NCBI GenBank assembly: GCA_963756875.1
Contig: CAVWPA010000003.1
Location: 448,001-512,000 of the forward strand
DNA: 64,000 nucleotides
DNA from: an uncultured Verrucomicrobiae bacterium
GTDB lineage: Bacteria > Verrucomicrobiota > Verrucomicrobiia > Chthoniobacterales > UBA10450
Direction of reading: 5' to 3'
Within the stretch, counting starts at the first letter, position 1, and each line of letters starts with the position of its first letter. Below are positions 47,595 to 57,409 of the stretch, in pieces. The notes under the pieces were generated by a model that was given only the letters and a program-made list of their open reading frames with translations, did not search any database and was not told the DNA's origin. Both the position numbers and the translations under genes were made by a program.

Positions 47595-49397
47595 TTGCGA
47601 GCAGGACAATGTGTGGCCAATGCCAATGTCGATGCCGCGACAAAGCCAGGGCAATTGCGGAGCGGCTTGCTGCGGTTGCTCAAGTTTTGGGTTTGGTTTA
47701 GCGAGATCGCGCAACCGAATGATCTCCAGGTCACGCTTTTTTGGGCCGGAATGATCGGTTTTTGCGGCGCGCTGACCTGCGTCGGTTTTCGATGGGCCAC
47801 GGGAGCAGTGCACACCGTTTTCACCCATCAATCGAACGTCAGTTTGACGGAAAGCTTCGCGCATCTGGTGACCTGGCAGCGTATCGCCATCCCCACAGTC
47901 GGCGGACTCATCGCGGGCGTTGTGATTTCGTTCACAAAACGATGGAGCGCTTCGACAACGACAGCCGATTACATGGAAGCCGTGGTGCTCGGTGACGGAA
48001 AAATGTCCGCGCGATTCAGTTTGTTAAAATCTCTGTCCGCCATGTTCACGATTGCGTCCGGCGGTTCAATCGGACGCGAAGGGCCCCTGGTGCAATTGTC
48101 CTCGCTGGTCGCGTCGCTGGCCGGGCGCTGGCGAAAGTGGAGCATGCCGCGCTTGCGGCTTCTGGTCGGTTGTGGCGCGGCGGCTGGGATCGCCTCGGCG
48201 TACAATGCCCCGATCGCCGGAGCGCTCTTCGTTGCCGAGATCGTGCTCGGCTCGATGGCCATGGAAATTTTCGGCCCGCTGGTTTTTTCATCGGTGGTCG
48301 CAACGCTGACCACGCGCGGCCTGATCGGAGGAAACCCGCTTTACGACATTCCACCGTTCCAACTCAATTCCACCTGGGAGATCATTCCGTATCTTGCGCT
48401 CGGGCTTGTGACAGGAGTGGCTGCGCCATGGTTTTTGCGTCTGCTCGATGCCAGCGAACGTTTGTTCGCGCTGGTGCGGGTGCCGGTTTATCTAAAACTT
48501 GCTCTGGGCGGACTGGTGGTGGGGCTGCTTGCCACTGTGCATCCGGAGGTTTGCGGCAACGGTTACAGTTCGGTGGACGCGATCCTGCGCGGCGCATGGC
48601 TCTGGCCGACTTTGCTGTCCATCCTTATTTTCAAGGTACTGGCGACGACGGCGACGTTCGGATCGGGTGCGGTGGGCGGCGTATTCACCCCCACTCTCTT
48701 TGTCGGTGCGAGTGTGGGATATCTCTTCGGTGTGCTCTGGCACTTCCTGCCAGGCCAGGGCGCGTTGAACGCCAGCGCACTGGCCCTTGTTGGGATGGGC
48801 GCATTTTTGGCAGGCACCACACACGCCCCGATCATGGCCATCCTCATGATCTTCGAATTGACTCTCGATTATCAAATCATTCTGCCGCTCATGCTCGCGT
48901 GCGTGATCGGGTATTACACGTCGGTCAGCATCGAGAAGCGCTCTATATATAGTGAGGCGTTGAAGCGGAAAAGTGCCGGCGATTATCGGGTCCATCTGGG
49001 CGAAATGCACGTAAGCGAACTGATGAAGCCGGCGCCTATGGCAGTTTCACCCACCGCGCGGTTTGCGGAGATTGGCGAAAAATTTATCGCCAACCGGTTC
49101 AATTATCTCTACGTGGTGCGGGACGGCCGTTTTCTCGGTGCGGTCTCGCTGCACGATATCAAGAATTACCTCAATGCGCCCGAGCTGGCTGAGCTGGTGA
49201 TCGCGCAGGACATCATGCGCGAGCCGTTCCCGACGATCGAACCGTCTGCTTCACTGAGCAAAGCGCTTGAAAGCTTTGCGCGACACGATGGCGAGCGCCT
49301 GCCGGTGGTGACCAGGCAGCAAAAGCTGGTCGGCAGCCTTTCAAAAACCGACATCATCCTGGCCGTGGCCGGCAGCAAGAAAACCGGCGCCGGTTGA
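47595..49397 (+). CDS. ClC (ClcB-like) chloride channel/antiporter with CBS pair
   Basis: GGSIGREGP, GAAAGIASAYNAP, GGVFTP, C-terminal CBS domains; exact start uncertain. Confidence 0.93.
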   Translation: MRAGQCVANANVDAATKPGQLRSGLLRLLKFWVWFSEIAQPNDLQVTLFWAGMIGFCGALTCVGFRWATGAVHTVFTHQSNVSLTESFAHLVTWQRIAIPTVGGLIAGVVISFTKRWSASTTTADYMEAVVLGDGKMSARFSLLKSLSAMFTIASGGSIGREGPLVQLSSLVASLAGRWRKWSMPRLRLLVGCGAAAGIASAYNAPIAGALFVAEIVLGSMAMEIFGPLVFSSVVATLTTRGLIGGNPLYDIPPFQLNSTWEIIPYLALGLVTGVAAPWFLRLLDASERLFALVRVPVYLKLALGGLVVGLLATVHPEVCGNGYSSVDAILRGAWLWPTLLSILIFKVLATTATFGSGAVGGVFTPTLFVGASVGYLFGVLWHFLPGQGALNASALALVGMGAFLAGTTHAPIMAILMIFELTLDYQIILPLMLACVIGYYTSVSIEKRSIYSEALKRKSAGDYRVHLGEMHVSELMKPAPMAVSPTARFAEIGEKFIANRFNYLYVVRDGRFLGAVSLHDIKNYLNAPELAELVIAQDIMREPFPTIEPSASLSKALESFARHDGERLPVVTRQQKLVGSLSKTDIILAVAGSKKTGAG

Positions 49398-49430
49398 CCG
49401 GGCCACTCAGTCGTCGCTAAGTTACCCGCC

Positions 49431-51158
49431 TTGAAAGGTTGTCTTGGCGGATTTGCGGGTGTCTTGATGCTGGTTCAGGGCGTTTTGGGCCAGACCGATC
49501 AACCTGTCCGGGCTGGAGACACGAGCGGTTTTGATTTCAAGCAATTCGGGCTTCTGGCCATTCAGGATGGCGGGCGGCGCAAACCGATCGACACGTTTGC
49601 CCGGGAAACGCTCATCCGGCTCACTGGAAGGTCGACTTATAGAGACAAAACGGGGCGGAAATGGACACCCAACGATTTTGTTCTGTCCGCGTTGCTCGAT
49701 ACGCACGACTGGAAGGATGAGCCGATGGTGCTGGTAGCTCTGGGGAAATTAAAGGAGCAACTCGGACTCGACAAGACCCAGAGCAAATTTTCGTTCGCGA
49801 AATTGGTTGCGCTGCCGGAGTTGAACCGGTTGATCGGTGAAGCCCACGCTTTGCGCAAGGCGGAAAAACCGCTGAATCGATCGCAAGAAGAGGTGATGCG
49901 GGTGGGCGAACGGCTCACGCTTTTCACCCGGGTAATGGATGGAAGCGCTTTCCTGATCGTTCCGGCGTCGAAGAGCGAAACGGATCAGTGGGTCGTGCCG
50001 TCGGACTACGCGCGATATTATACCGATGCGCAGTTCGCGACGGTGCAGCCGAAATTGCAAGCCATGGCGAACGCGTACCTGCGTGGCGAAGGATTCGGAT
50101 TTAGTCGCGCGGCAAATCAGTTGCGGGAAGCGTTGCGCTCGCTCAGCCCATCCATTTATCCCCGGGATGGCGCCTTGCGTCTTGAGTACTTCTACAATCA
50201 TTTTTCGGCATTTTATCGGGCAATCTGGTTTTATGGGTTCGCGTTTCTCATTTTGCTCGTGGCGCATTTTCGCAACCGCGGGCGCGAGTCATCCCGCGGA
50301 CGTCTCCTGCCCGCCCTTGGCGTGACACTGGCGATCGTTGCGCTCGTTTTTCATGCGAGCGGAATCGTGTTGCGCTGCATGATCGCGGGACGCCCGCCTG
50401 TGACGAACATGTACGAATCGATCATCTGGGTTTCTTTCGCCGTCTCGTTTTTCGGGATGATCTTTTTCGCGCGCTACCGGACGCCGGTCTATCTGCTGGC
50501 TGCGCTTCCGGTCACGCTTCTGGCGATGTTGCTCGTCCACCAGATGCCCATCGCCATGCCATCGAGCATCGATCCGCTGGTGCCGGTGTTGCGCGATAAT
50601 TTCTGGCTCACCATTCACGTGCTGACCATCACCCTGAGTTACGCGGCGTTCGCGCTGGCGATGGGATTCGGCCACATTCTGCTCTGGCGCTACGCGCGCA
50701 ATCCCGGCAGCGCACGGGCCGACGCGCCGATGCACTTCTGGTTATATCGCGTTTTGCAACTGGGTGTGCTTCTGCTGGCGGCCGGCACCATCCTCGGCGG
50801 GGTTTGGGCGAATTATTCCTGGGGCCGGTTCTGGGGCTGGGATCCGAAGGAAACATGGGCGCTCATCGCGCTGCTTTGTTACATCACCACATTGCACGGC
50901 CGGCTGGCCGGTTGGTGGACGGAATTCGGTCTGGTGGTCGCCAGCGTCGTTTGTTTCCTGGCCGTTCTCATGGCGTGGTACGGAGTGAACTTTGTCCTCG
51001 GCAAAGGCTTGCACTCGTACGGATTCGGCATCGGCGGCGAGAGTTACGTGGCCACGTTTGTGGTTCTCGATCTCCTGTTCGTTTCGTTCGCGATCTGGCG
51101 ATATCGCACGAACCGGCGCGAGGAGAAAGCTGTAGAGGCCGCCGTCTCGGCGGCATGA
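49431..51158 (+). CDS. ccsA: Cytochrome c biogenesis protein CcsA
   Basis: GGRRKPIDTFA, GRPPVTNMYES, WLTIHV, WWD motif WANYSWGRFWGWDPKETW, GLHSYG. Confidence 0.93.
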   Translation: MKGCLGGFAGVLMLVQGVLGQTDQPVRAGDTSGFDFKQFGLLAIQDGGRRKPIDTFARETLIRLTGRSTYRDKTGRKWTPNDFVLSALLDTHDWKDEPMVLVALGKLKEQLGLDKTQSKFSFAKLVALPELNRLIGEAHALRKAEKPLNRSQEEVMRVGERLTLFTRVMDGSAFLIVPASKSETDQWVVPSDYARYYTDAQFATVQPKLQAMANAYLRGEGFGFSRAANQLREALRSLSPSIYPRDGALRLEYFYNHFSAFYRAIWFYGFAFLILLVAHFRNRGRESSRGRLLPALGVTLAIVALVFHASGIVLRCMIAGRPPVTNMYESIIWVSFAVSFFGMIFFARYRTPVYLLAALPVTLLAMLLVHQMPIAMPSSIDPLVPVLRDNFWLTIHVLTITLSYAAFALAMGFGHILLWRYARNPGSARADAPMHFWLYRVLQLGVLLLAAGTILGGVWANYSWGRFWGWDPKETWALIALLCYITTLHGRLAGWWTEFGLVVASVVCFLAVLMAWYGVNFVLGKGLHSYGFGIGGESYVATFVVLDLLFVSFAIWRYRTNRREEKAVEAAVSAA

Positions 51159-51179
51159 TCACCAAGGAAGGCTCGGGGA

Positions 51180-51758
51180 TCAATCACGCGGCAATCGCGT
51201 CTCGACGATTTCGCAGAGCACGTGCAGTAAAAACTTATGCGCCTCCTGGATGCGGGCGGTTGAATCGCCTTTCACGATCAGATCGACATCGGCCAAACGC
51301 GCAGCCGATCCGCCGCCGCGGCCGAGCAGGGCGATGGTTTTTACTTTGCGCTCGCGCGCTTCATCCAGCGCACGGCGAATGTTCGCGGACTTGCCGCTTG
51401 TTGTGATGGCCACCAGAAGATCGCCCGGTTTTCCGAACGCGCGGACTTGCCGCGCAAAAATTTCTTCGAAACCATAATCGTTGCCGGTTGCGGTAAGCAG
51501 GCTGCCTCCCTGCGATAAATTGAGCGCGGGATAAGGCCGGCGATCCTGGACGAACCGGCAGGCGAGTTCTGTGCAAAAATCCGCCGCGTCGGCCGCGCTC
51601 CCGCCATTGCCGCAAGCGAGAAGCTTATTGCCGTTTGTTAGGCATTTCGCGACCAGCTCGGCGGCCGAGATTATTTGCGCCTCAAGATCGGCCAGTGATC
51701 GCAGCGTACTCGCCGCTGCTTCAATCGCGTTCTTTATAATGTCGGATGGATCGGTCAC
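51180..51758 (-). CDS. gmhA: Phosphoheptose isomerase (SIS domain)
   Basis: CGNGGSAADA, GNDYGFEEIFARQ, TTSGKSAN, TARIQEAH. Confidence 0.92.
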   Translation of the reverse strand: MTDPSDIIKNAIEAAASTLRSLADLEAQIISAAELVAKCLTNGNKLLACGNGGSAADAADFCTELACRFVQDRRPYPALNLSQGGSLLTATGNDYGFEEIFARQVRAFGKPGDLLVAITTSGKSANIRRALDEARERKVKTIALLGRGGGSAARLADVDLIVKGDSTARIQEAHKFLLHVLCEIVETRLPRD

Positions 51759-51794
51759 GGATGAGATTTGGACCTTGGAACATCGAAATGGTAA

Positions 51795-51869
<75 letters not shown>

Positions 51870-51991
51870 GTTAATTGGCTGTGAATTATGCGATGCGGCG
51901 GCGCGATTCGCAAGCTGTCGCGGTTACGATACTGATCTGGCGATTTCGCGGCGAGCCTGCCGCGATCGGCACACAAGAAACGTGCGCCGCG

Positions 51992-52543
51992 TTACGCCGC
52001 CAGCTTGACGGCTTCTTTGTGTCCGAGAATGCGGACGGTGGTCTTGAGTTGCTCGACTTTGAGCGGCTTCTTCAGAACGGTGATCGGGCCCTTGGCCAAA
52101 ATCCGGTCGAGCATTTCGCTGTCGGGATAACCGGTGATGATGACGATCGGGCAGTCGGGTTGTTCTTTTTTCGCCGAATCGTAAACGTCGTCGGCCGGAC
52201 CATCCGGTAATTTTAGGTCGAGAAAAATGAGATCGAACTTTTGCTTCTCGATCGCGGCGAGGGCTTCCTTGACGGTGCCGACCACGACGCGACTAAAGCC
52301 GATCTTGCGGAGGAACAACTTGAAAAGATTTTGCAAACTCTCGTCGTCGTCGACAACGAGCACGGTCGGCTGACCCGATTTGTCTTCTTTGAGAATATCT
52401 TTATCGAGAGACGATTTCTTGATTCGCCAGCGGCCCCCGATTTGAATAGCGGGGAGCTGACCGCGCTGGACGAGGTAGTAAACGGTAGGTAAGGGGATAC
52501 GGAGGTACTTGGCCGTTTCCTTAACCGTCAGGAGGTTATGCAT
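51992..52543 (-). CDS. Response regulator: N-terminal excisionase-type HTH plus C-terminal receiver domain
   Basis: LLTVKETAKYLRI...GQLPAIQIGGRWRI; VLVVDDD, FLDLKLP, ITGY, LKKP. Confidence 0.88.
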   Translation of the reverse strand: MHNLLTVKETAKYLRIPLPTVYYLVQRGQLPAIQIGGRWRIKKSSLDKDILKEDKSGQPTVLVVDDDESLQNLFKLFLRKIGFSRVVVGTVKEALAAIEKQKFDLIFLDLKLPDGPADDVYDSAKKEQPDCPIVIITGYPDSEMLDRILAKGPITVLKKPLKVEQLKTTVRILGHKEAVKLAA

Positions 52544-52759
52544 GGGAGAAAATCACCAACTCGCGGGAAAATGGGCAAGACATTTCGCACAGCTAAGCAT
52601 TATAAATTCTAGAATCGATGTCAACACTTTCTTTGGGTTCGCCCTCGTTTTTCGCTTCATACCGCCGCGGAACTGTCGATTTTTGTTGGACCTGGCCGGG
52701 CCACTGCTCAACACTCGCGACTGGACAACACCAGCGCTGAGGGTGACTGTTCGGACTTC

Positions 52760-53380
52760 ATGAGCGTGCTTTTCTTTAAGCGCTTTTTACAACGCCCATT
52801 TCAAATTGCGTCGATCGTGCCCAGTTCGAGGGCACTGGTTGAGCGGGTGGCGAGCAAAATCGATTTCGAGCGCGCCCAGGTCATTGCCGAGTACGGACCG
52901 GGCGAAGGCGTGCACTCGCGCGCGATTGCCCGCCAGATGCGGCCCGATTGCCAGTTGCTCCTGTTCGAGTTGGACCCGGCTTTTTCACGCGATCTGCAGC
53001 GGCAGTTCGCCGACGACTCGCGCGTGCATGTAATTAACGCGGATGCAGATCGCCTGCCTTCTGAGCTGCACCGGCGAGGCATCGAATGTTGCGACTACAT
53101 TCTCTCGGGCATCCCGTTCAGCATTCTGAAGATCGACAAGAAGCGCGCGCTTCTGCAAAAGACGCACGACGCGCTTGCCGCGGACGGACGGTTTATCATT
53201 TACCAGGTAACGAACGAACTGAAGCAGCACGCCAAAATTTTTGCGCGTGCGAAATCGGAATATTTTCTGCAAAATATTCCACCGATGTTCATCACCGTTT
53301 TCGAAAAGGCAAACACGCTGAATGGCCGTGAGCATCCGGCGACGCGTCGCGAAAAAATCTCCGCCAACTATCAAGCATGA
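52760..53380 (+). CDS. Class I SAM methyltransferase (phospholipid N-methyltransferase-like)
   Basis: IASIVPSS, AEYGPGEG, ILSGIPF, NIPP. Confidence 0.85.
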   Translation: MSVLFFKRFLQRPFQIASIVPSSRALVERVASKIDFERAQVIAEYGPGEGVHSRAIARQMRPDCQLLLFELDPAFSRDLQRQFADDSRVHVINADADRLPSELHRRGIECCDYILSGIPFSILKIDKKRALLQKTHDALAADGRFIIYQVTNELKQHAKIFARAKSEYFLQNIPPMFITVFEKANTLNGREHPATRREKISANYQA

Positions 53381-54780
53381 CCGGCGGCGGGATGCGCGTG
53401 GAAAAGGATTCGATGGGCGAAATGTCCGTCCCCGAATCCGCTCTGTACGGCGCATCCACTCAGCGAGCCGTCCTCAATTTTCCGGTTAGCGGCTACCGAT
53501 TTTCGCGTCCATTCATTCGAGCTCTTGGGCTGATCAAGTGGGCTGCCGCGCAAGCGAATCACGATCTCGGATTGCTCGATGCCGAACGAAGCGCGTTGAT
53601 CGTGCAGGCGGCCGAAGAGATTGTCGACGGAAAGCTCGACCAGCATTTTCCGCTGGATATTTTTCAGACCGGCTCCGGCACGAGCACGAACACAAACGCG
53701 AACGAAGTGATCGCAAACCGGTGCGCGCAACTGGAGGGCAAACCGATCGGTTCGCACGCGGTGGTGCATCCCAACGACCACGTCAACATGGGCCAATCGA
53801 GCAACGACGTGATCCCCTCGGCCATTCATATCAGCGGCGCGGAACAACTCAGAAACTGTCTGATTCCGGCATTGGGAAAATTGCACGGCGCGCTCGAAGC
53901 CAGGGCGAAGGAATTCTGGGAGATCATCAAGATCGGGCGCACGCATTTGATGGACGCGACGCCGGTGCGGCTCGGCCAGGAATTTTCCGGGTACGCGCAG
54001 CAGGCCGCGTATGGACAGGCGCGCGCGGAGAAGGCCCTGGACGTTTTGCGCGAACTTGCGCTCGGCGGCACCGCCGTGGGCACGGGGCTGAATCGGCATG
54101 CCGATTTTCCCGGCAAAGTCATGCGGCACCTGAAACAACGGACCGGCATCGATTTTTACGAGGCCAAAAACCATTTCGAAGCGCAGGGCGGCAAGGACGC
54201 AGTCGTCGAAGCGAGCGGGCAACTGAAAACGATTGCGGTGAGTTTGTTCAAGATCGCAAACGACATCCGTTTGCTCGGCAGCGGGCCGCGCTGCGGCATC
54301 GGCGAGATTCAATTGCCGGCCACGCAGCCGGGCAGCTCGATCATGCCAGGCAAGGTGAATCCGGTGATGTGCGAATCAATGATGATGGTTTGCGCCCAGG
54401 TGATCGGCAATGACGCGACCATCACGTGGTCGGGCGCGAATGGGAATTTCGAGCTCAACGTGATGATGCCGGTCATGGCGCACAATCTCCTGGAATCAAT
54501 CCGGCTGCTTGCGAACGTGATCGACGCTTTCTGCGAGAAATGTGTGGCCGGTATCGTCGCAAACAAGGCGCGTTGCCAGGAATTGGTCGAATTGTCGATG
54601 GCGATGGTAACGAGCCTCGCGCCGAAGATCGGCTATGATCGGGCGGCTGAAATCGCCAAGGAAAGCGCAAGGACCGGCAAAACCGTGCGCGAAATCTGTC
54701 GCGAGAAAAAAGTGTTGCCGGAAGAGGAACTTAATCGCGCGCTTGATTCGGTGGCGATGACCGGTCCGCGCGGCGGCTGA
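53377..54780 (+). CDS. fumC: Class II fumarate hydratase
   Basis: EKDSMG, FQTGSGTSTN, HPNDHVNMGQSSND, GRTHLMDATP, GSSIMPGKVNP. Confidence 0.96.
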   Translation: MTGGGMRVEKDSMGEMSVPESALYGASTQRAVLNFPVSGYRFSRPFIRALGLIKWAAAQANHDLGLLDAERSALIVQAAEEIVDGKLDQHFPLDIFQTGSGTSTNTNANEVIANRCAQLEGKPIGSHAVVHPNDHVNMGQSSNDVIPSAIHISGAEQLRNCLIPALGKLHGALEARAKEFWEIIKIGRTHLMDATPVRLGQEFSGYAQQAAYGQARAEKALDVLRELALGGTAVGTGLNRHADFPGKVMRHLKQRTGIDFYEAKNHFEAQGGKDAVVEASGQLKTIAVSLFKIANDIRLLGSGPRCGIGEIQLPATQPGSSIMPGKVNPVMCESMMMVCAQVIGNDATITWSGANGNFELNVMMPVMAHNLLESIRLLANVIDAFCEKCVAGIVANKARCQELVELSMAMVTSLAPKIGYDRAAEIAKESARTGKTVREICREKKVLPEEELNRALDSVAMTGPRGG

Positions 54781-54820
54781 TTCTGTGGTTAGACACAGAT
54801 GACGCACCGTTGAGACGCCA

Positions 54821-54913
54821 TGTCATTCCGAGCGGAGTCGAGGAATCTCTTATTGTTGTCTGTGCAAGCGCAGATTAGCAGTGAGAGATGTCTCGACTTC
54901 GCTCGATATGACA
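54821..54913. repeat. Palindromic intergenic element (GTCATTCCGAGC-type)
   Basis: TGTCATTCCGAGCGGAGTCGAGGAATCTC ... GAGATGTCTCGACTTCGCTCGATATGACA; inverted arms. Confidence 0.8.
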
Positions 54914-54942
54914 GAAAGCAGCTTCTTCAACTGAGCCGACCA

Positions 54943-55443
54943 ATGAGAAAACTTTTTCTGCACGCCGCCGGGGTGCTGCTGCTTGCGCCTTTTGTTCTGG
55001 CAGCCGGGACGCACATTGACATATCGAAGATCATCGACAAGGCCGAGGCGGAATCGATTTTAGGCGAAAAAATAAAGGACCTGACGCCGGTCAACGTGGA
55101 AGGGACGGACGGCTACTACTCCAAGTGCAGCTATTACAGCGTGACTCCGGGCAAGTCCCTGGTGATCCGCGTCCAGGAGCCCGACGCGGACGCGATTGGT
55201 CCACACAAGGAGCTCGAGCTGCTCGGGGCCAGTAGCGGTTCAATGAAGCCGGTCAGGGACCTAGGCGACGAGGCACAGACGTTCACCGAAGGCGGCGAAA
55301 GCGGTGCCGCTTCGCGTGTCCTGATGCTCTATGTCGTAAAAGGTAATGCGTTTCTGGTCATCGGGCTGGCTGGATTCGCCGACGACGCGGTTGCGCTGGG
55401 CAAAGCGGAGACTGTTGCGAAGGAAATTCTGGAGCATCTTTAG
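54943..55443 (+). CDS. Secreted hypothetical protein
   Basis: Start MRKLFLH with signal peptide; AESILGE...CSY...LGDEA...VVKGN pattern. Confidence 0.7.
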   Translation: MRKLFLHAAGVLLLAPFVLAAGTHIDISKIIDKAEAESILGEKIKDLTPVNVEGTDGYYSKCSYYSVTPGKSLVIRVQEPDADAIGPHKELELLGASSGSMKPVRDLGDEAQTFTEGGESGAASRVLMLYVVKGNAFLVIGLAGFADDAVALGKAETVAKEILEHL

Positions 55444-55474
55444 GCGCGCCGAAACTCGAATCTGGATCGATAAG

Positions 55475-55852
55475 ATGGTTGCCAAACTCGACGGCCCACG
55501 TTTTTCCGGCGGTGCCAATATCGCCATCAAGTGTCCGGCGCATACGTACGAAGAAACGGTGGCCTTTTATCGCGACACCCTCGGGCTTTCGGTGATCGAG
55601 GAAGAAGCGGACGGCTGCATTTTTCAATTCGGTCCAAACCGGCTCTGGATCGACAAGGTTCCAAACCTGAGTCATCCGGACATCTGGCTGGAAATAGAAA
55701 CAAACGACACCGAAGCGGCCGCCGCCTTTCTAAAAGTGCACGGTGTCGCGCGACGCGACGAAGTCGAACAGTTGCGTGAAGACTTCAATGGCTTCTTCGT
55801 TTCCGACCCCGCCGGCGTGATTCATCTGGTCGTGGGCCCGGAAGAAGTCTGA
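55475..55852 (+). CDS. VOC/glyoxalase-family protein
   Basis: NIAIK, ETVAFYRDTLGL, SDPAGVIH. Confidence 0.8.
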   Translation: MVAKLDGPRFSGGANIAIKCPAHTYEETVAFYRDTLGLSVIEEEADGCIFQFGPNRLWIDKVPNLSHPDIWLEIETNDTEAAAAFLKVHGVARRDEVEQLREDFNGFFVSDPAGVIHLVVGPEEV

Positions 55853-55868
55853 CCGCCGCTTGCGGCCG

Positions 55869-55910
55869 AAGCTCCAAGCTCCAAAGAACCTCCAATCCTC
55901 AAATTCCAAA
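55869..55910. repeat. Heptamer array, same family as 7476-7606 (single arm)
   Basis: AAGCTCC AAGCTCC AAAG AACCTCC AATCCTC AAATTCC. Confidence 0.65.
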
Positions 55911-55936
55911 CAGGCTGAGCAGCGCTTTTTCGGATC

Positions 55937-56425
55937 CTACACGTGCCGGCCCATAATCGTGAGATCGCGCTCGGCGCTGTCTACTCGCGCGATGCGCGGT
56001 AGCAATCCCCAGCGCTGAAATCCGAGCGATGCGAACAATCGCAAGCTCGGCTCGTTGTGCGCGAAAATCAGACCCACCATGGCGGTAATCTGCAGCGACG
56101 GCGCGCGCGAGACCGCTTCTTCCAGCAACCTGGTGGCAATTCCGCGCCGCCGGAATTTTTCGTGCACATAAACACTTACCTCAGCCGCGCCGCGGTAGGC
56201 GCACCGCGGCAGAAAAGGTTTTAAACTGAGCCAGCCGGCGATCTGTCCGTCGATTTCAAGAACCCAAAATGGATGGCGATCCGCCGAATGTTCCTTTAGC
56301 CAATCGCGCCGTTCTTCGAGCGTGACCGGCTCCAGTTGCGCGGTGGCGATCCGTGTCACAATCGCCGCGTTATAAATTTCGATAATGGTCGGCAAATCGC
56401 CTTCCATTGCGTTCCTTATCTTCAT
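55937..56425 (-). CDS. GNAT acetyltransferase (phosphinothricin acetyltransferase/YncA-like)
   Basis: IIEIYNAAI, AEVSVYV, RRRGIA, HNEPSLRLFASLGF. Confidence 0.9.
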   Translation of the reverse strand: MKIRNAMEGDLPTIIEIYNAAIVTRIATAQLEPVTLEERRDWLKEHSADRHPFWVLEIDGQIAGWLSLKPFLPRCAYRGAAEVSVYVHEKFRRRGIATRLLEEAVSRAPSLQITAMVGLIFAHNEPSLRLFASLGFQRWGLLPRIARVDSAERDLTIMGRHV

Positions 56426-56437
56426 TTCCATTTCTTC

Positions 56438-56496
56438 TGTAGCGGCGGTCTGTGACCGCCGCTCGAATAATGCGACACTCATAGAGCGCCGCTACA
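56438..56496. repeat. GTAG-type REP doublet
   Basis: TGTAGCGGCGGTCTGTGACCGCCG ... CTCATAGAGCGCCGCTACA. Confidence 0.8.
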
Positions 56497-56498
56497 TT

Positions 56499-57344
56499 TC
56501 ACGTCGTTTGAAAAAACGCGCTTTCAAATGTCGGCTGAAATGCGCCACGTTCGGTTTCGCCGATCAGAAAACGCGGACTGACCTCCGATTGAGTCGCGCA
56601 CGAGACCTCCATGTCGGCCCTGCCGCATTTGGCGAGCAAGTCGCGGATCACGCCGAGAGCGAGCTCCGGCGTATTGCAATCGCGACTGAGATGTCCGAGC
56701 ACAACACGTTCGATTTTTCCCGGAAGCAACTGCTCGATCACGCCGGCGGCGGCGTTGTTCGATAAATGGCCGTGCCGGGATTGAATGCGTTGCTTCACAG
56801 GCCACGGCCGATGTTTGTCGTTCTGCAAAAGTTTTTCGTCGTGATTGGTTTCGATCACCAGCGTATGCACCTGTCGCAGCCTTTCGACGATCATCTTCGT
56901 GGCGTAACCGAGGTCGGTAATGAATCCAAGACTGCTCGAGCCGGCGTAAAACGCGAACCCGATGGGATCGACCGCGTCGTGCGGTACGGGAAAAGTTTGC
57001 ACCACGATGTCGCATATTGAGAACTCGGCGCCGGTGCGAAAAATTCGCCAGTGGCGATGTCGCTCCAGCGCGCCGCCGTAACGGATCGCCTCGGCGGTCA
57101 GCGCGTTGCAGTAAATTGGTACATGAAATTTCCGGCAGAGAACTTCGAGTCCGCAAACGTGATCGCCGTGTTCGTGTGTGAGCAGGACGCCGTCGAGCTG
57201 TTGCGGGGAAACGCCGGCTTGCTCCAGGCGCAACACGATCTGTCGCGCGCTAAGTCCGCCATCGATCAGGATCCTGCAATGATCGGTCGCAACCAGTGCG
57301 CTGTTCCCGGCGCTCCCGCTCCCGAGCATCGTCAAACTGAACAC
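56499..57344 (-). CDS. MBL-fold metallo-hydrolase (YycJ/WalJ-like)
   Basis: LGSGSAGN, THEHGDH, VPHDA, TDLG, ETNHD, GHLSN, HLSRDCN. Confidence 0.92.
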   Translation of the reverse strand: MFSLTMLGSGSAGNSALVATDHCRILIDGGLSARQIVLRLEQAGVSPQQLDGVLLTHEHGDHVCGLEVLCRKFHVPIYCNALTAEAIRYGGALERHRHWRIFRTGAEFSICDIVVQTFPVPHDAVDPIGFAFYAGSSSLGFITDLGYATKMIVERLRQVHTLVIETNHDEKLLQNDKHRPWPVKQRIQSRHGHLSNNAAAGVIEQLLPGKIERVVLGHLSRDCNTPELALGVIRDLLAKCGRADMEVSCATQSEVSPRFLIGETERGAFQPTFESAFFQTT

Positions 57345-57409
57345 GCCGGTATTTAGCGACCGCGCCGCGGTTTTCGCAAATAGAAATCAGCGTTAGCGGA
57401 CAAGAAAAG

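Noticed and set aside
54820..54942. N-terminal extension MSFRAESRNL of the 207-aa ORF
   Set aside because: It is a translation of the palindromic repeat; the signal peptide starts at 54943.
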